From positions 262,610 through 326,609 of the forward strand of contig CAJMQN010000002.1 of the NCBI GenBank assembly GCA_905215695.1: a stretch of 64,000 bases of DNA. Direction: 5' to 3'. Position numbers and translations under genes: made by a program. How positions within the stretch are numbered: the first letter of the stretch is position 1; every line of letters starts with the position of its first letter. The notes below the pieces were generated by a model. It was given only the letters and a program-made list of their open reading frames with translations, did not search any database and was not told the DNA's origin. Source of the stretch: an uncultured bacterium. Its GTDB lineage: Bacteria > Bacillota > Clostridia > Christensenellales > HGM11417. Below, piece by piece: positions 52,689 through 60,945 of the stretch.

Positions 52689-54815
52689 CTATTTCTCCGA
52701 AATTCCGCAGTCCGAAACGACTTCTGTCGCACGGATACACTCGAGCGTTGCGGGTCCGACGTAAATATTTCGGAGAAAGCGAATCCTTTTTACGGGAGAA
52801 TAGTCATCCGTTTCCGTGTTGTCAAAGGGCTGTTTGCCATGGTAGGGATTGTCCGGCCAGGCGCCTACCGCATGCCCGCCCTCGAGATAGCAGTCGTGTA
52901 CATAGATGTTCGAGATTTCCTGCAACGACTGGTCGGGCGCGTCGCTCCCCCATGGAATAAAGGAAATTGCTTTTCCGCCCCCGCCGCAAGCCGAGTTCAG
53001 ACGGCAGCGGTCAATTTCAACCCGGCGCACGCCGTTGTCCTCTCCGGGGGTCGCGCGCCACCAATTCCGGGCGCGCGGGTCGCGATAGACCGAGAACAGC
53101 GTCACGCCGTCGTCGTTTGTGCGGAGCACACAACCGAACGCGGTCACGTCCTTGCTCCCGCACAGTCCGATGCCGTCCGCGCTCAGACAGCGCACATCCG
53201 TCATCTCCACACGCGAGAGAAAGACGCGTTCACAGCGCACGAGAAAGATATGGTAGGTGCTCGCCCGTCGGATACGGATTCCCGAAATCTCTGCGCCGCG
53301 CACCCTGAAAAAGCCGATCGGCGCTAGGTGAATCACGCCCGCGCAGTGTTCGGGCCAATACGGAAAACCCACCGCCGTTTTGTCGCTCCCCGCGTCGCAC
53401 ATGCGGATTTCTCCGCCGCCCGCGATACGCACGTTTTCGCAGTCCGCCGCATAGAGAAGCGGCTCATTGCGTACAAGAAAGTTGTGCGCCCAATTGCAGT
53501 CCGCATCCGCGCTGTCGTGCCCGAAGGCGGGCGCATACGGATAGTCCTCGGGGTAGGGAGACTGAAGGAGCACCGTGTCTTCGGGAATGAAAAATTCGGT
53601 ATTTGCATAGATTCGGAGATGCGAGGCGCGGTAGCGGCGTTCGGACTCGAGCAGAACTCTGCCCCCGCCCGCTCTTCCCGCGGCGGTCAGTGCAGCCTGA
53701 ATCGCAGCGTTGTCGCAGGTATAACCGTCCCCCTTCGCCCCGAAGTCCGAAACGCGGAATACCCGTTCGGGCAGGGGCAAAGAATCGGGATTCTTTCGGG
53801 GCGCGCCCAAGCTCCGCACAAAGTCGCATTCCTCGGGATTCAATCCGCCCCGCTCCGTATCGAAACCGATTTCAAAGATTCGGAGACTGCCCGCGCCCGA
53901 GAGCGGAGACAATTTCAGGCGCAACAGCCGTTCCTCCTCGTCGTACTCACCCGAAAAATCGGCAAGCACCGTTTTCAAGCCGCCCCGAGGAATCTCGAGA
54001 ACGCGGGTGCGGGTCTCGTCGAAATCCGGATGTTTGTCCGTCGCGAGCCAAAGGCGGAAGGTCTCACAGGTGCTCTCATTGATGAGGGACAGGCGCACGG
54101 TCTCGCGTACCGCGAGGCGCGCATTCAGTTCGGTATAGCGAGGCTCGGAAAGTTCGGGAAAGAGGAGCTCCTCCCCCGCGCGGAACCGAAAACGCAAGCT
54201 GTTTTCGGCGTATTCGGTATTTTTCAAAGGCTCAAAAAAGTTGTGTCTGCCCAGACGGAACCCGAAATCCAAAAGCATGCCGAAGCGCAGGTCGGAAAAC
54301 TGAAGCTCCGAGGCAAAGCGGGGAATTTCGCCCTCTCCCCAACAGATCAATTCGACGCCTTTCACCCGCGAAAAGGGAATCTTCTCCAAGGACAGCAGAA
54401 TGCGCGTCCAGCGTTCCGAAAAAACGGTCACTGTGCTCTCGAAACGTTCTTGATTTTCGCCGAGCAGAGCGACTGACAGCCGCGTCACGTCCCCGCGGCA
54501 ATCGAACCCGAAGGAAAATGCTTCTTTGCCCGCAATATCCGCGGGGGCGGGAAAATGCGCACGCAAACTCTTTTTCGATTCTCCCGCCGTAAGCGGACAG
54601 CGGACGTTTAAAACGGGCTTGTCCAAAAAGGGTTTGCCCGGCAGACTGACGGGCGCGGCGGTCAGGGAAATTTCCTCGACATTTTCAAGGGATTCCGTCT
54701 CCCATTCCGACACGGGAAATTCCACCGCGTCCGCAAGATAGATACTCCGAAAAATCCGGTTTTGGTTCAAATTATCCATATCCACATTATACTCCGGAAT
54801 TTTCCCCTTGTCCAC
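52689..54815 (-). CDS. Right-handed beta-helix glycosidase, GH28 / pectate_lyase_3-like, with unknown N-terminal half
   Basis: 708 aa. VSDFGAKGDGYTCDNAAIQAAL is typical of the pectin-lyase-fold N-cap. Downstream is RTNDDGVTLF. The first ~340 aa are unassigned. Confidence 0.5.
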   Translation of the reverse strand: MDKGKIPEYNVDMDNLNQNRIFRSIYLADAVEFPVSEWETESLENVEEISLTAAPVSLPGKPFLDKPVLNVRCPLTAGESKKSLRAHFPAPADIAGKEAFSFGFDCRGDVTRLSVALLGENQERFESTVTVFSERWTRILLSLEKIPFSRVKGVELICWGEGEIPRFASELQFSDLRFGMLLDFGFRLGRHNFFEPLKNTEYAENSLRFRFRAGEELLFPELSEPRYTELNARLAVRETVRLSLINESTCETFRLWLATDKHPDFDETRTRVLEIPRGGLKTVLADFSGEYDEEERLLRLKLSPLSGAGSLRIFEIGFDTERGGLNPEECDFVRSLGAPRKNPDSLPLPERVFRVSDFGAKGDGYTCDNAAIQAALTAAGRAGGGRVLLESERRYRASHLRIYANTEFFIPEDTVLLQSPYPEDYPYAPAFGHDSADADCNWAHNFLVRNEPLLYAADCENVRIAGGGEIRMCDAGSDKTAVGFPYWPEHCAGVIHLAPIGFFRVRGAEISGIRIRRASTYHIFLVRCERVFLSRVEMTDVRCLSADGIGLCGSKDVTAFGCVLRTNDDGVTLFSVYRDPRARNWWRATPGEDNGVRRVEIDRCRLNSACGGGGKAISFIPWGSDAPDQSLQEISNIYVHDCYLEGGHAVGAWPDNPYHGKQPFDNTETDDYSPVKRIRFLRNIYVGPATLECIRATEVVSDCGISEK

Positions 54816-54846
54816 CGGAAAACCGAAAAGCCGCGCGTTTGCGCCG

Positions 54847-55035
54847 TCACGGTTTGCGAATGCCTTTCGTCACGTCGAGCAGACGGCTCGCAAGAATATT
54901 GTTCAGCGACGCCCGCACCCCGTCCACAAAAAACAAGAGGCATTTGATGTCCGCAATGTCCGCGTCGCGGGTCAGGATATCCGCCGCCGCCGCCGCGAGA
55001 TAGTTAATTTTTCTGCCGTCCGGCTGTTCGGTCAT
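54847..55035 (-). CDS. Small hypothetical protein upstream of the GH28-like gene
   Basis: 62 aa from MTEQPDGRKINYL. A strong RBS GGAGGGAGG lies 7 nt upstream. No family recognised. Confidence 0.4.
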   Translation of the reverse strand: MTEQPDGRKINYLAAAAADILTRDADIADIKCLLFFVDGVRASLNNILASRLLDVTKGIRKP

Positions 55036-55077
55036 AGACGCACCTCCCTCCTTCATACAATATGTTATTTCAAACAT

Positions 55078-55106
55078 TTGCGTACCAAAAAAATTTATGC
55101 TACAAT
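55078..55106 (+). promoter_or_regulatory. Sigma70-like promoter abutting the start of the zinc-ribbon membrane protein gene
   Basis: TTGCGT (55078-55083), 17-nt spacer, TACAAT (55101-55106). ATG codons occur at 55107 and 55116. Confidence 0.4.
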
Positions 55107-55115
55107 ATGGACATT

Positions 55116-55655
55116 ATGAGAGACATTCAAAAAACCAAACGGAACTATTTTTTCTGGGCGCTCCTGCTCTCCGTCGGGTTTCCGGCGGGAATCGTCATGA
55201 TTGTACTCGGCTTTTCAAACGGCATGCTCTATGTCGCGATTCCCGGAATCGTGCTCGTCGTTGCGGGATTTTACGTCATGCCCGTACTTTGGAGCAAATA
55301 CGGGAGCACACGCTATTATTGTGCGCTCCATCAGCAGATCACCGCGGACAATATCCGCAAGGTCTCTCTTCTCTCGCAGATGAACGGCAAGCCCGATAAG
55401 CAGACCGCCGCGGACGTGCGTTGGCTCATCTCCAACCGCTATCTCACGGGATTCGTCTTTCTCGACAATGAAAATATCCTCTCGAAGGACGACGCGCAGA
55501 ATTTTGACGCTTACATCGCACAGCACACCGGGGATATGCAGACCGTAAAATGTCCTTCCTGCGGAGCGGACATCGAACTTGTCAGCGGAATCGGCGCCTG
55601 CCCTTACTGCGGACGCAAGATTGCAAAGAGCAAGACACCCGAGGAAAAGAAGTAA
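55116..55655 (+). CDS. Membrane protein with C-terminal zinc-ribbon
   Basis: MRDIQKTKRNYFFWALLL, two TM helices and a C-terminal CPSCGADIELVSGIGACPYCG. The start is uncertain (55107 or 55116). Confidence 0.5.
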   Translation: MRDIQKTKRNYFFWALLLSVGFPAGIVMIVLGFSNGMLYVAIPGIVLVVAGFYVMPVLWSKYGSTRYYCALHQQITADNIRKVSLLSQMNGKPDKQTAADVRWLISNRYLTGFVFLDNENILSKDDAQNFDAYIAQHTGDMQTVKCPSCGADIELVSGIGACPYCGRKIAKSKTPEEKK

Positions 55656-55661
55656 ACCAAA

Positions 55662-55697
55662 CAAAAAAAGCCCTTCCGTTCGGGAAGGGCTTTTTTA
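55662..55697. terminator. Bidirectional terminator
   Basis: gcccttcc (55670-55677) pairs with ggaagggc (55683-55690). An A-run precedes it and a T-run follows. Confidence 0.7.
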
Positions 55698-55706
55698 TTT
55701 CAGTTG

Positions 55707-56447
55707 TCAGTTGCTGCGGCTGGATGCGATGATTGCGAACAGACGCAGAAATTCGATATACAGCCAAATGAGCGAGACGCAGAGTCCGAAGGCGGCGCGC
55801 CATTCATAGGTCTTGGGCAAACCGTTTTCGACTGTCATGGTGATGTTGTCGAGGTCGGAGAGAATGCACATGCTCGCGATGATGACCATGACCACCGAAA
55901 TGATGATGGCAAGAGGTCCCGAACCGTAGAATAGCGTCCAAATGGGCGGATAGAACAGTCCGATAATGAAGATTAAAAACTGCGTCACGAGAATGCCGAG
56001 GAGCGCCGAGAACAGGAATTTCCGAAACCGACCGCCCACGCGAACCACGCCAGTCGCGTACAGAATCATCATGAGACCGAATACGACCATGGTCGAAAGG
56101 AACGCGCCAAGCACAATGCCCGACCAAGCCGCGTCGAAGAGCGCAGAGATACATCCCACCATGAAACCTTCGGCAAGCGCGTACAGCGAGCCGGAAATCG
56201 GGGTCGTCTTGGGCGCAAAGGAGGATACCAACGCGCACACGAACGCGACAACGCCCGAAACAATCAGCATGGTGACCGCAAGCGTCGTATTCGAGTACAA
56301 CAGACTCCAACCGAGAATCGCGGCGAGTATCGTCATTGCGACATAGAGACCCGCTTTCCAAGCGATGCCGCCGTAGCTCGCGCCCTCCGCGTTGGTGTCA
56401 ACGTATTTATTCAGATTGTGTATTGCAGGATTGCTCGATGAAATCAA
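55707..56447 (-). CDS. Bax inhibitor-1/YccA-family membrane protein
   Basis: 246 aa with seven TM segments. The C-terminal region YIEFLRLFAIIASSRSN is typical of the BI-1 family. Confidence 0.8.
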   Translation of the reverse strand: MISSSNPAIHNLNKYVDTNAEGASYGGIAWKAGLYVAMTILAAILGWSLLYSNTTLAVTMLIVSGVVAFVCALVSSFAPKTTPISGSLYALAEGFMVGCISALFDAAWSGIVLGAFLSTMVVFGLMMILYATGVVRVGGRFRKFLFSALLGILVTQFLIFIIGLFYPPIWTLFYGSGPLAIIISVVMVIIASMCILSDLDNITMTVENGLPKTYEWRAAFGLCVSLIWLYIEFLRLFAIIASSRSN

Positions 56448-56518
56448 TGCTCTTTCCTCCGAAAAATGTTCACTGCTATTATTATACCACGTTAGGGTGC
56501 TTTTCTAACACTTTTTTC

Positions 56519-58096
56519 TCAAATTCCCTTCAAATCGAGGTAATCCTCATAGGAAATCAAGCGGTCAAAGACCTTGGTGTCCTCGATTTCTATGATACGG
56601 TTCGCCACCGTCGAGATGATTTCCTGATCGTGCGTCGTAAACAGAAGATTGCCCTTGAAGTTGATCATGCCCTTGTTCAGCGCGGTGATGGATTCGAGGT
56701 CGAGGTGGTTGGTCGGCTCGTCGAATATCATGAAATTCGCGCCCTCGAGCATCATCTTTGCGAGCATACACCGCACCTTCTCGCCGCCGGAGAGCACTTT
56801 CGCCTGCTTTAACGCCTCTTCGCCCGAAAACAGCATTCTGCCGAGCCACCCGCGCAGATATTCCTCGAAGGTCTCCTTCGTGAACTGCGACACCCACTGC
56901 ACGAGATTCAGGTCGCATCCGTCAAAATATTCGCTGTAGTCGAGGGGCATGTAGCCGGGGACGATCGTCTTTCCGAAGGTCACCTTTCCCCCGTCCGGTT
57001 TCTCCTTGCCCATGATACATTCGTAGAGCATGGTCGTCGTCGTGCTCTTCGAGGACAGGAAACAAATCTTTTCTCCCTTCTCCACATTGAAGGAGACGTT
57101 TTCAAAGTATCCCTTCTTGGTGAGATTCTCCACGCGCAGAATGTCGTTTCCGATTTCCTTCTCGAATTTGAAGTCAATATACGGGTACTTGCGCAGAGAA
57201 GGTTTGATGTCCTCGAGGGTAATCTTTTCGAGTTCCTTTTTGCGGGAAGTCGCCTGCCGGGACTTGGAGGCGTTCGCCGCAAAGCGCGCGATGAAGTCCT
57301 GAAGTTCCTTGGCGCGCGCCTCGAGTTTTTTGTTGGTCTCCTTCGCCTGCCGCGCGAGGAGCTGGCTGGTCTCGTACCAAAAATCGTAGTTGCCGAAATA
57401 AATCTGGATTTTGCCGAAGTCCACGTCGCAGATATGTGTGCAGACCCGGTTTAAAAAGTGACGGTTGTGAGAGACGATGATAATTGTGTTCTCGAAATCC
57501 ATGAGATAGTTTTCGAGCCATCGAATCGTCCGCACGTCGAGGTTGTTGGTCGGCTCGTCCAATATCAGAATGTCCGGATTCCCGAACAGGCTCTGCGCAA
57601 GGAGGACTTTGACCTTTTTCTTCGCGTCGAGGTCCGCCATCAGCGTATAGTGGTCCTCTTCACGAATGTCCAAAGCGTTCAAAAGGCTCTGCGCCTCGCT
57701 CTCCGCCTCCCAACCGCCGAGGTCGGCAAATTCGCCCTCGAGTTCGCTCGCGCGGATTCCGTCCTCGTCCGAAAAATCCGCTTTCGAGTACAGCGCGTCC
57801 TTCTCGCGCATGATTTCCACGAGCCGCGCGTGACCCAACAGCACGGTATTCAATACCGTTTCGTTGTCAAAGGCGTTCTGGTTCTGGTTGAGAACGGAGA
57901 CGCGCTCGTTCTTGTCCACGACCACGCTCCCGCTCGTCGGCTCCAACGCGCCCGACAACAGGCGGAGAAAGGTCGATTTTCCCGCGCCGTTCGCGCCGAT
58001 AATGCCGTAACAGTTGCCCTTGGTAAATTTGAGGTTGACGTCCTCAAACAGTTTCCGTCCTCCGAATTGCAGTCCTAAATCAATGGTCTGTATCAT
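56519..58096 (-). CDS. ABC-F family ATPase (two ABC cassettes, no TM domain)
   Basis: 525 aa with two Walker A and two signature motifs (GANGAGKST; LSGGEKVRCMLA). Confidence 0.9.
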   Translation of the reverse strand: MIQTIDLGLQFGGRKLFEDVNLKFTKGNCYGIIGANGAGKSTFLRLLSGALEPTSGSVVVDKNERVSVLNQNQNAFDNETVLNTVLLGHARLVEIMREKDALYSKADFSDEDGIRASELEGEFADLGGWEAESEAQSLLNALDIREEDHYTLMADLDAKKKVKVLLAQSLFGNPDILILDEPTNNLDVRTIRWLENYLMDFENTIIIVSHNRHFLNRVCTHICDVDFGKIQIYFGNYDFWYETSQLLARQAKETNKKLEARAKELQDFIARFAANASKSRQATSRKKELEKITLEDIKPSLRKYPYIDFKFEKEIGNDILRVENLTKKGYFENVSFNVEKGEKICFLSSKSTTTTMLYECIMGKEKPDGGKVTFGKTIVPGYMPLDYSEYFDGCDLNLVQWVSQFTKETFEEYLRGWLGRMLFSGEEALKQAKVLSGGEKVRCMLAKMMLEGANFMIFDEPTNHLDLESITALNKGMINFKGNLLFTTHDQEIISTVANRIIEIEDTKVFDRLISYEDYLDLKGI

Positions 58097-58111
58097 GTTT
58101 CAATCCTTTTT

Positions 58112-58759
58112 CTATTTTCCCTGATACTTCTGCATGGCGCGGATGTGCGCGTCCTTGCTCGTACCCCATGGTTTGTCCGCATAGCGGTGGTCAAATTTCT
58201 GAATAAAGCCCGCAAGTTCCTCGGACAGCCTGTCCATGTTCGCCGCCTGCACCCTCTCGAGGCTCTCGACAAACTCCGGAGTGCCCCCCGCAAGCAACAA
58301 TTCGCGGTAGTGTTTCAGACAAAAGCCCTTGCTCTCTTCAAATTTTTTGCGAAATTCTGCGTCCTTTTTGTACATGCCCGCCACAGTCTCGGCGTACCGC
58401 TCCATGTTGGCGTTTTTCATGTCGCAGATGACGCAGGAGGAGAGCTCCGCGGCGAGCGTTTCCGCCGTCTTTTTCGCCGCCTTCGGTTTGCCCGTCAGCT
58501 TGGGACGGAGCGCCGCGAGACGGGTCTGGAGCTGGAGCGCGAACCCGAGCTTGTTGCTCCCCGCGAACAATTTGCGCAGATGCTCGTAGCAAAAGCCCTT
58601 TTTGTTGACCTCTTCCCGCGCGTGGTCTTCCATGACCGCTTCGGAGAGAAACTGCTCCACGAGCCATTTGTCCACCGTTTCTTCGATTTCGCAGAGCGGA
58701 CACTCGCAGGGCTTTGAAAAATTTTCCACGATGAGCGCGGTATTGATGTGAAGATTCAT
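58112..58759 (-). CDS. Conserved hypothetical Cys-rich protein
   Basis: Trimmed from the 345-aa ORF to MNLHINTALIV (215 aa). Contains CECPLC, FCYEH, CVIC and FCLKH motifs. Confidence 0.55.
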   Translation of the reverse strand: MNLHINTALIVENFSKPCECPLCEIEETVDKWLVEQFLSEAVMEDHAREEVNKKGFCYEHLRKLFAGSNKLGFALQLQTRLAALRPKLTGKPKAAKKTAETLAAELSSCVICDMKNANMERYAETVAGMYKKDAEFRKKFEESKGFCLKHYRELLLAGGTPEFVESLERVQAANMDRLSEELAGFIQKFDHRYADKPWGTSKDAHIRAMQKYQGK

Positions 58760-58789
58760 ATTCCGTCCTTGGTTTTCATAGTTATTATT

Positions 58790-59410
58790 ATGTCTAAAGT
58801 GCATTATAACACGAAACGAAGGTTTCACACAAGCTTTCGCGACCTGTTTTTTATGATAGGCTCCGGCGCCGCCTTCCTCTCCCTCTTTTTGGCGATTCTG
58901 CTCCCGGGAACTTGCCAAAGCGCGGGTTCGGGGGAATTTTTTGCCGTCTGTTCGGGCTCCTATACCACGCGGGCGCGGGCGGAAGAGCGCGCGGGCGCAA
59001 TGCAGAGGGCGGGAGGCGGCGGATTCGTGTGGGACAACGGAATGTTTCAGGTGATTTCCGCCGTCTATACCGACAGAGCGGACTGCGAAAACGTGCTCGA
59101 AGGACTCGGAACGGGACACAAAATGCTTGTTTTGAAGGTTCCTTCCCACGCGGGAGAGGTCGGGCGAATCACCGAAAAACTTGCCGAAATCTATTACGGC
59201 TTGGACACCAAAACCTTTGACGGAAAAGAGGGGCTTGTTCGGCTCGAGAGGTTTCTCGGACAGGAAAAATTTCCCGAAAGCGAGGAGGGCGCTCGGGGAA
59301 GGGAAATCTTCGACGCGCTCGGAAATTTGGACGAGACGGATTTGAGCGTCAATTTGAAATATTTTCAGGCGGCGTTCGTCTGCGCATTCGCCGAAGGGGG
59401 TAAATCGTGA
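58790..59410 (+). CDS. Membrane-anchored protein with SPOR-like domain
   Basis: Start set at MSKVHYNTKRR so as not to overlap the divergent gene. One TM helix, then FFAVCSGSYTTRARAEERAGAMQRAGGGGFVW (SPOR-like). Confidence 0.45.
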   Translation: MSKVHYNTKRRFHTSFRDLFFMIGSGAAFLSLFLAILLPGTCQSAGSGEFFAVCSGSYTTRARAEERAGAMQRAGGGGFVWDNGMFQVISAVYTDRADCENVLEGLGTGHKMLVLKVPSHAGEVGRITEKLAEIYYGLDTKTFDGKEGLVRLERFLGQEKFPESEEGARGREIFDALGNLDETDLSVNLKYFQAAFVCAFAEGGKS

Positions 59411-59862
59411 ACTATAACCGCGACGCCGCAGTGCGTTACGCGCAGGATTGGGCGCTCTCCCGCAATCCGAAATACGCGGATTTCCACACCATGGGCGGCG
59501 ACTGCACGAATTTTGTTTCCCAATGCCTGTACGCGGGCGGGCATGAAATGAATTTTACGCCCGTGTTTGGGTGGTACTATATTTCGCTCAACGAACGCAC
59601 GCCGTCGTGGACGGGCGTCGAACAGTTTTTTGCCTTTCTCACACAGAACGAGGGCGCGGGACCTTCCGCGGAGATTGCGCGCATCGAAGAGCTCGTCGAG
59701 GGCGACGTCATTCAGCTCGGCAACGGTTTGCGGTGGTATCACACCCTGCTCGTCACCGGACTGTATCCCGAAATCGTCATCTGCGCGCACGATTTCGACG
59801 CGCTCAACCGCCCCCTCTCCACCTATACCGCCCTCGAAATGCGGGGATTACATATCCGTTAA
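59407..59862 (+). CDS. Putative amidase-domain (Amidase_6-like) protein
   Basis: 151 aa. AVRYAQDWALSRNPKYADF..GGDCTNFVSQCLYAGG resembles the putative amidase domain family. Overlaps the upstream stop (GTGA). Confidence 0.55.
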   Translation: MNYNRDAAVRYAQDWALSRNPKYADFHTMGGDCTNFVSQCLYAGGHEMNFTPVFGWYYISLNERTPSWTGVEQFFAFLTQNEGAGPSAEIARIEELVEGDVIQLGNGLRWYHTLLVTGLYPEIVICAHDFDALNRPLSTYTALEMRGLHIR

Positions 59863-59869
59863 TATATTT

Positions 59870-60012
59870 CCGGTCGCGTTATGGTCGCGACGAGAGGAGT
59901 GCGCGAGTGCTCGTACGCGCATACGAGTCCCGAGGAGCGACCACACCCCGAAGGGGTATGGTCGTTGCTCCCGCTTAATCGCGACCGGGTGATAAGGCGT
60001 TGCAGCGGCAAC
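59870..60012 (+). ncRNA. Unclassified structured RNA or palindromic repeat element, copy 2
   Basis: Starts 8 nt after the amidase-domain gene stop. The closing helix is CCGGUCGCG (59870-59878) with CGCGACCGG (59980-59988). It shares GAGUCCCGAGGAGCGAC, ACACCCCGAAGGGGUA and AAGGCGUUGCAGCGGCAAC with copy 1. Confidence 0.5.
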
Positions 60013-60185
60013 GAACTTCCGCCGAGCCGGAAGTCAATCCCGTCTCGGCTCAATCGGTTGCAAACCGAATACTTCTTAAAAAACAAATTACACCGACAAA
60101 GTTTGCAAGCACTTGTCGGAAATAGCCTCATTTTGACAGACATTCGAGCGCAACCCTTGTGACCGAATCTGCCCATTAGCAGAAA

Positions 60186-60217
60186 ATTAACGCCCCCGCG
60201 ATTGCGGGGGCGTTTCC
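60186..60217. terminator. Terminator hairpin between convergent transcription units
   Basis: acgcccccgc (60190-60199), loop gatt, gcgggggcgt (60204-60213). T-rich sequence follows on both strands. Confidence 0.65.
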
Positions 60218-60223
60218 TGTCTA

Positions 60224-60934
60224 TCATGCTCGATTTGCATTTCTGCGCAAAATCTCGCTCTCGCAAAACGCGGGCAGCCGGAATCCGTTTCCAAGCAAAA
60301 ACGCCGAAGCCCTTTCCACCCGCGCCGCGTCGTAGTCTTCCATCCGATGCCCGTCAAATCCCACGCTGAGCGCGAGACCGGCATCGCGGACGGTTTTCTG
60401 CTGTGCGGGGTTCGTCATGAATTCTTTTACATACGCCCACTCCCGATAGCCGTGTATCGAATCGTAGTTGACATTCAACTCCCAAAAGATACCCTTTTCG
60501 GCGAGGAGACGGAAAAAGGAATCCGCCCCACCCTTCTTTTGTTCGGCGAAGGCAAAAAGATCCGTGTGCGCAATGCCCGTCGGGCAGCCGAGTTTGTCGG
60601 CATACGCGAGAATATCCCCCCCCGCGACGCTCGCAGGCTGGTCCAAATGTTCTACGAGGCAATAGTCGAAAAAGGAAACATCCTCGTCTTCTTTCAGCCG
60701 GAGTTCCGGTTGGGTCGCGATTTCAATGCCCGCATAAATCAAAATTTTGTCGCGGAAACGCTCGGCGAGAGCTTTTATGCTCTCATAGTAGGCGCGCTTA
60801 TCCGGAATCGCATAGTTATGGTCGCATATCCCAAATACGGAAATCCCTTCTTCTATCATTTTGGAAATCAAAGCCGCCGGGTCGTCCTTGCCACAAAAGG
60901 AAACCTTCGTGTGGGAATGCAAATCGAATTTCAT
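60224..60934 (-). CDS. PHP-domain metal-dependent phosphoesterase
   Basis: Trimmed from the 306-aa ORF to MKFDLHSHTKVSFCG (236 aa). Also has ICDHN and AHTD motifs. Confidence 0.65.
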   Translation of the reverse strand: MKFDLHSHTKVSFCGKDDPAALISKMIEEGISVFGICDHNYAIPDKRAYYESIKALAERFRDKILIYAGIEIATQPELRLKEDEDVSFFDYCLVEHLDQPASVAGGDILAYADKLGCPTGIAHTDLFAFAEQKKGGADSFFRLLAEKGIFWELNVNYDSIHGYREWAYVKEFMTNPAQQKTVRDAGLALSVGFDGHRMEDYDAARVERASAFLLGNGFRLPAFCESEILRRNANRA

Positions 60935-60945
60935 ATTTTCCCCTC

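Noticed and set aside
45961-54476. Plus-strand ORFs 45961-47064 (367 aa), 51375-52556 (393 aa) and 53328-54476 (382 aa)
   Set aside because: They are antisense to the tsaC/ZIP, GH78-like and GH28-like genes. Composition is Arg/Gly/His-rich, with no motifs or RBS.
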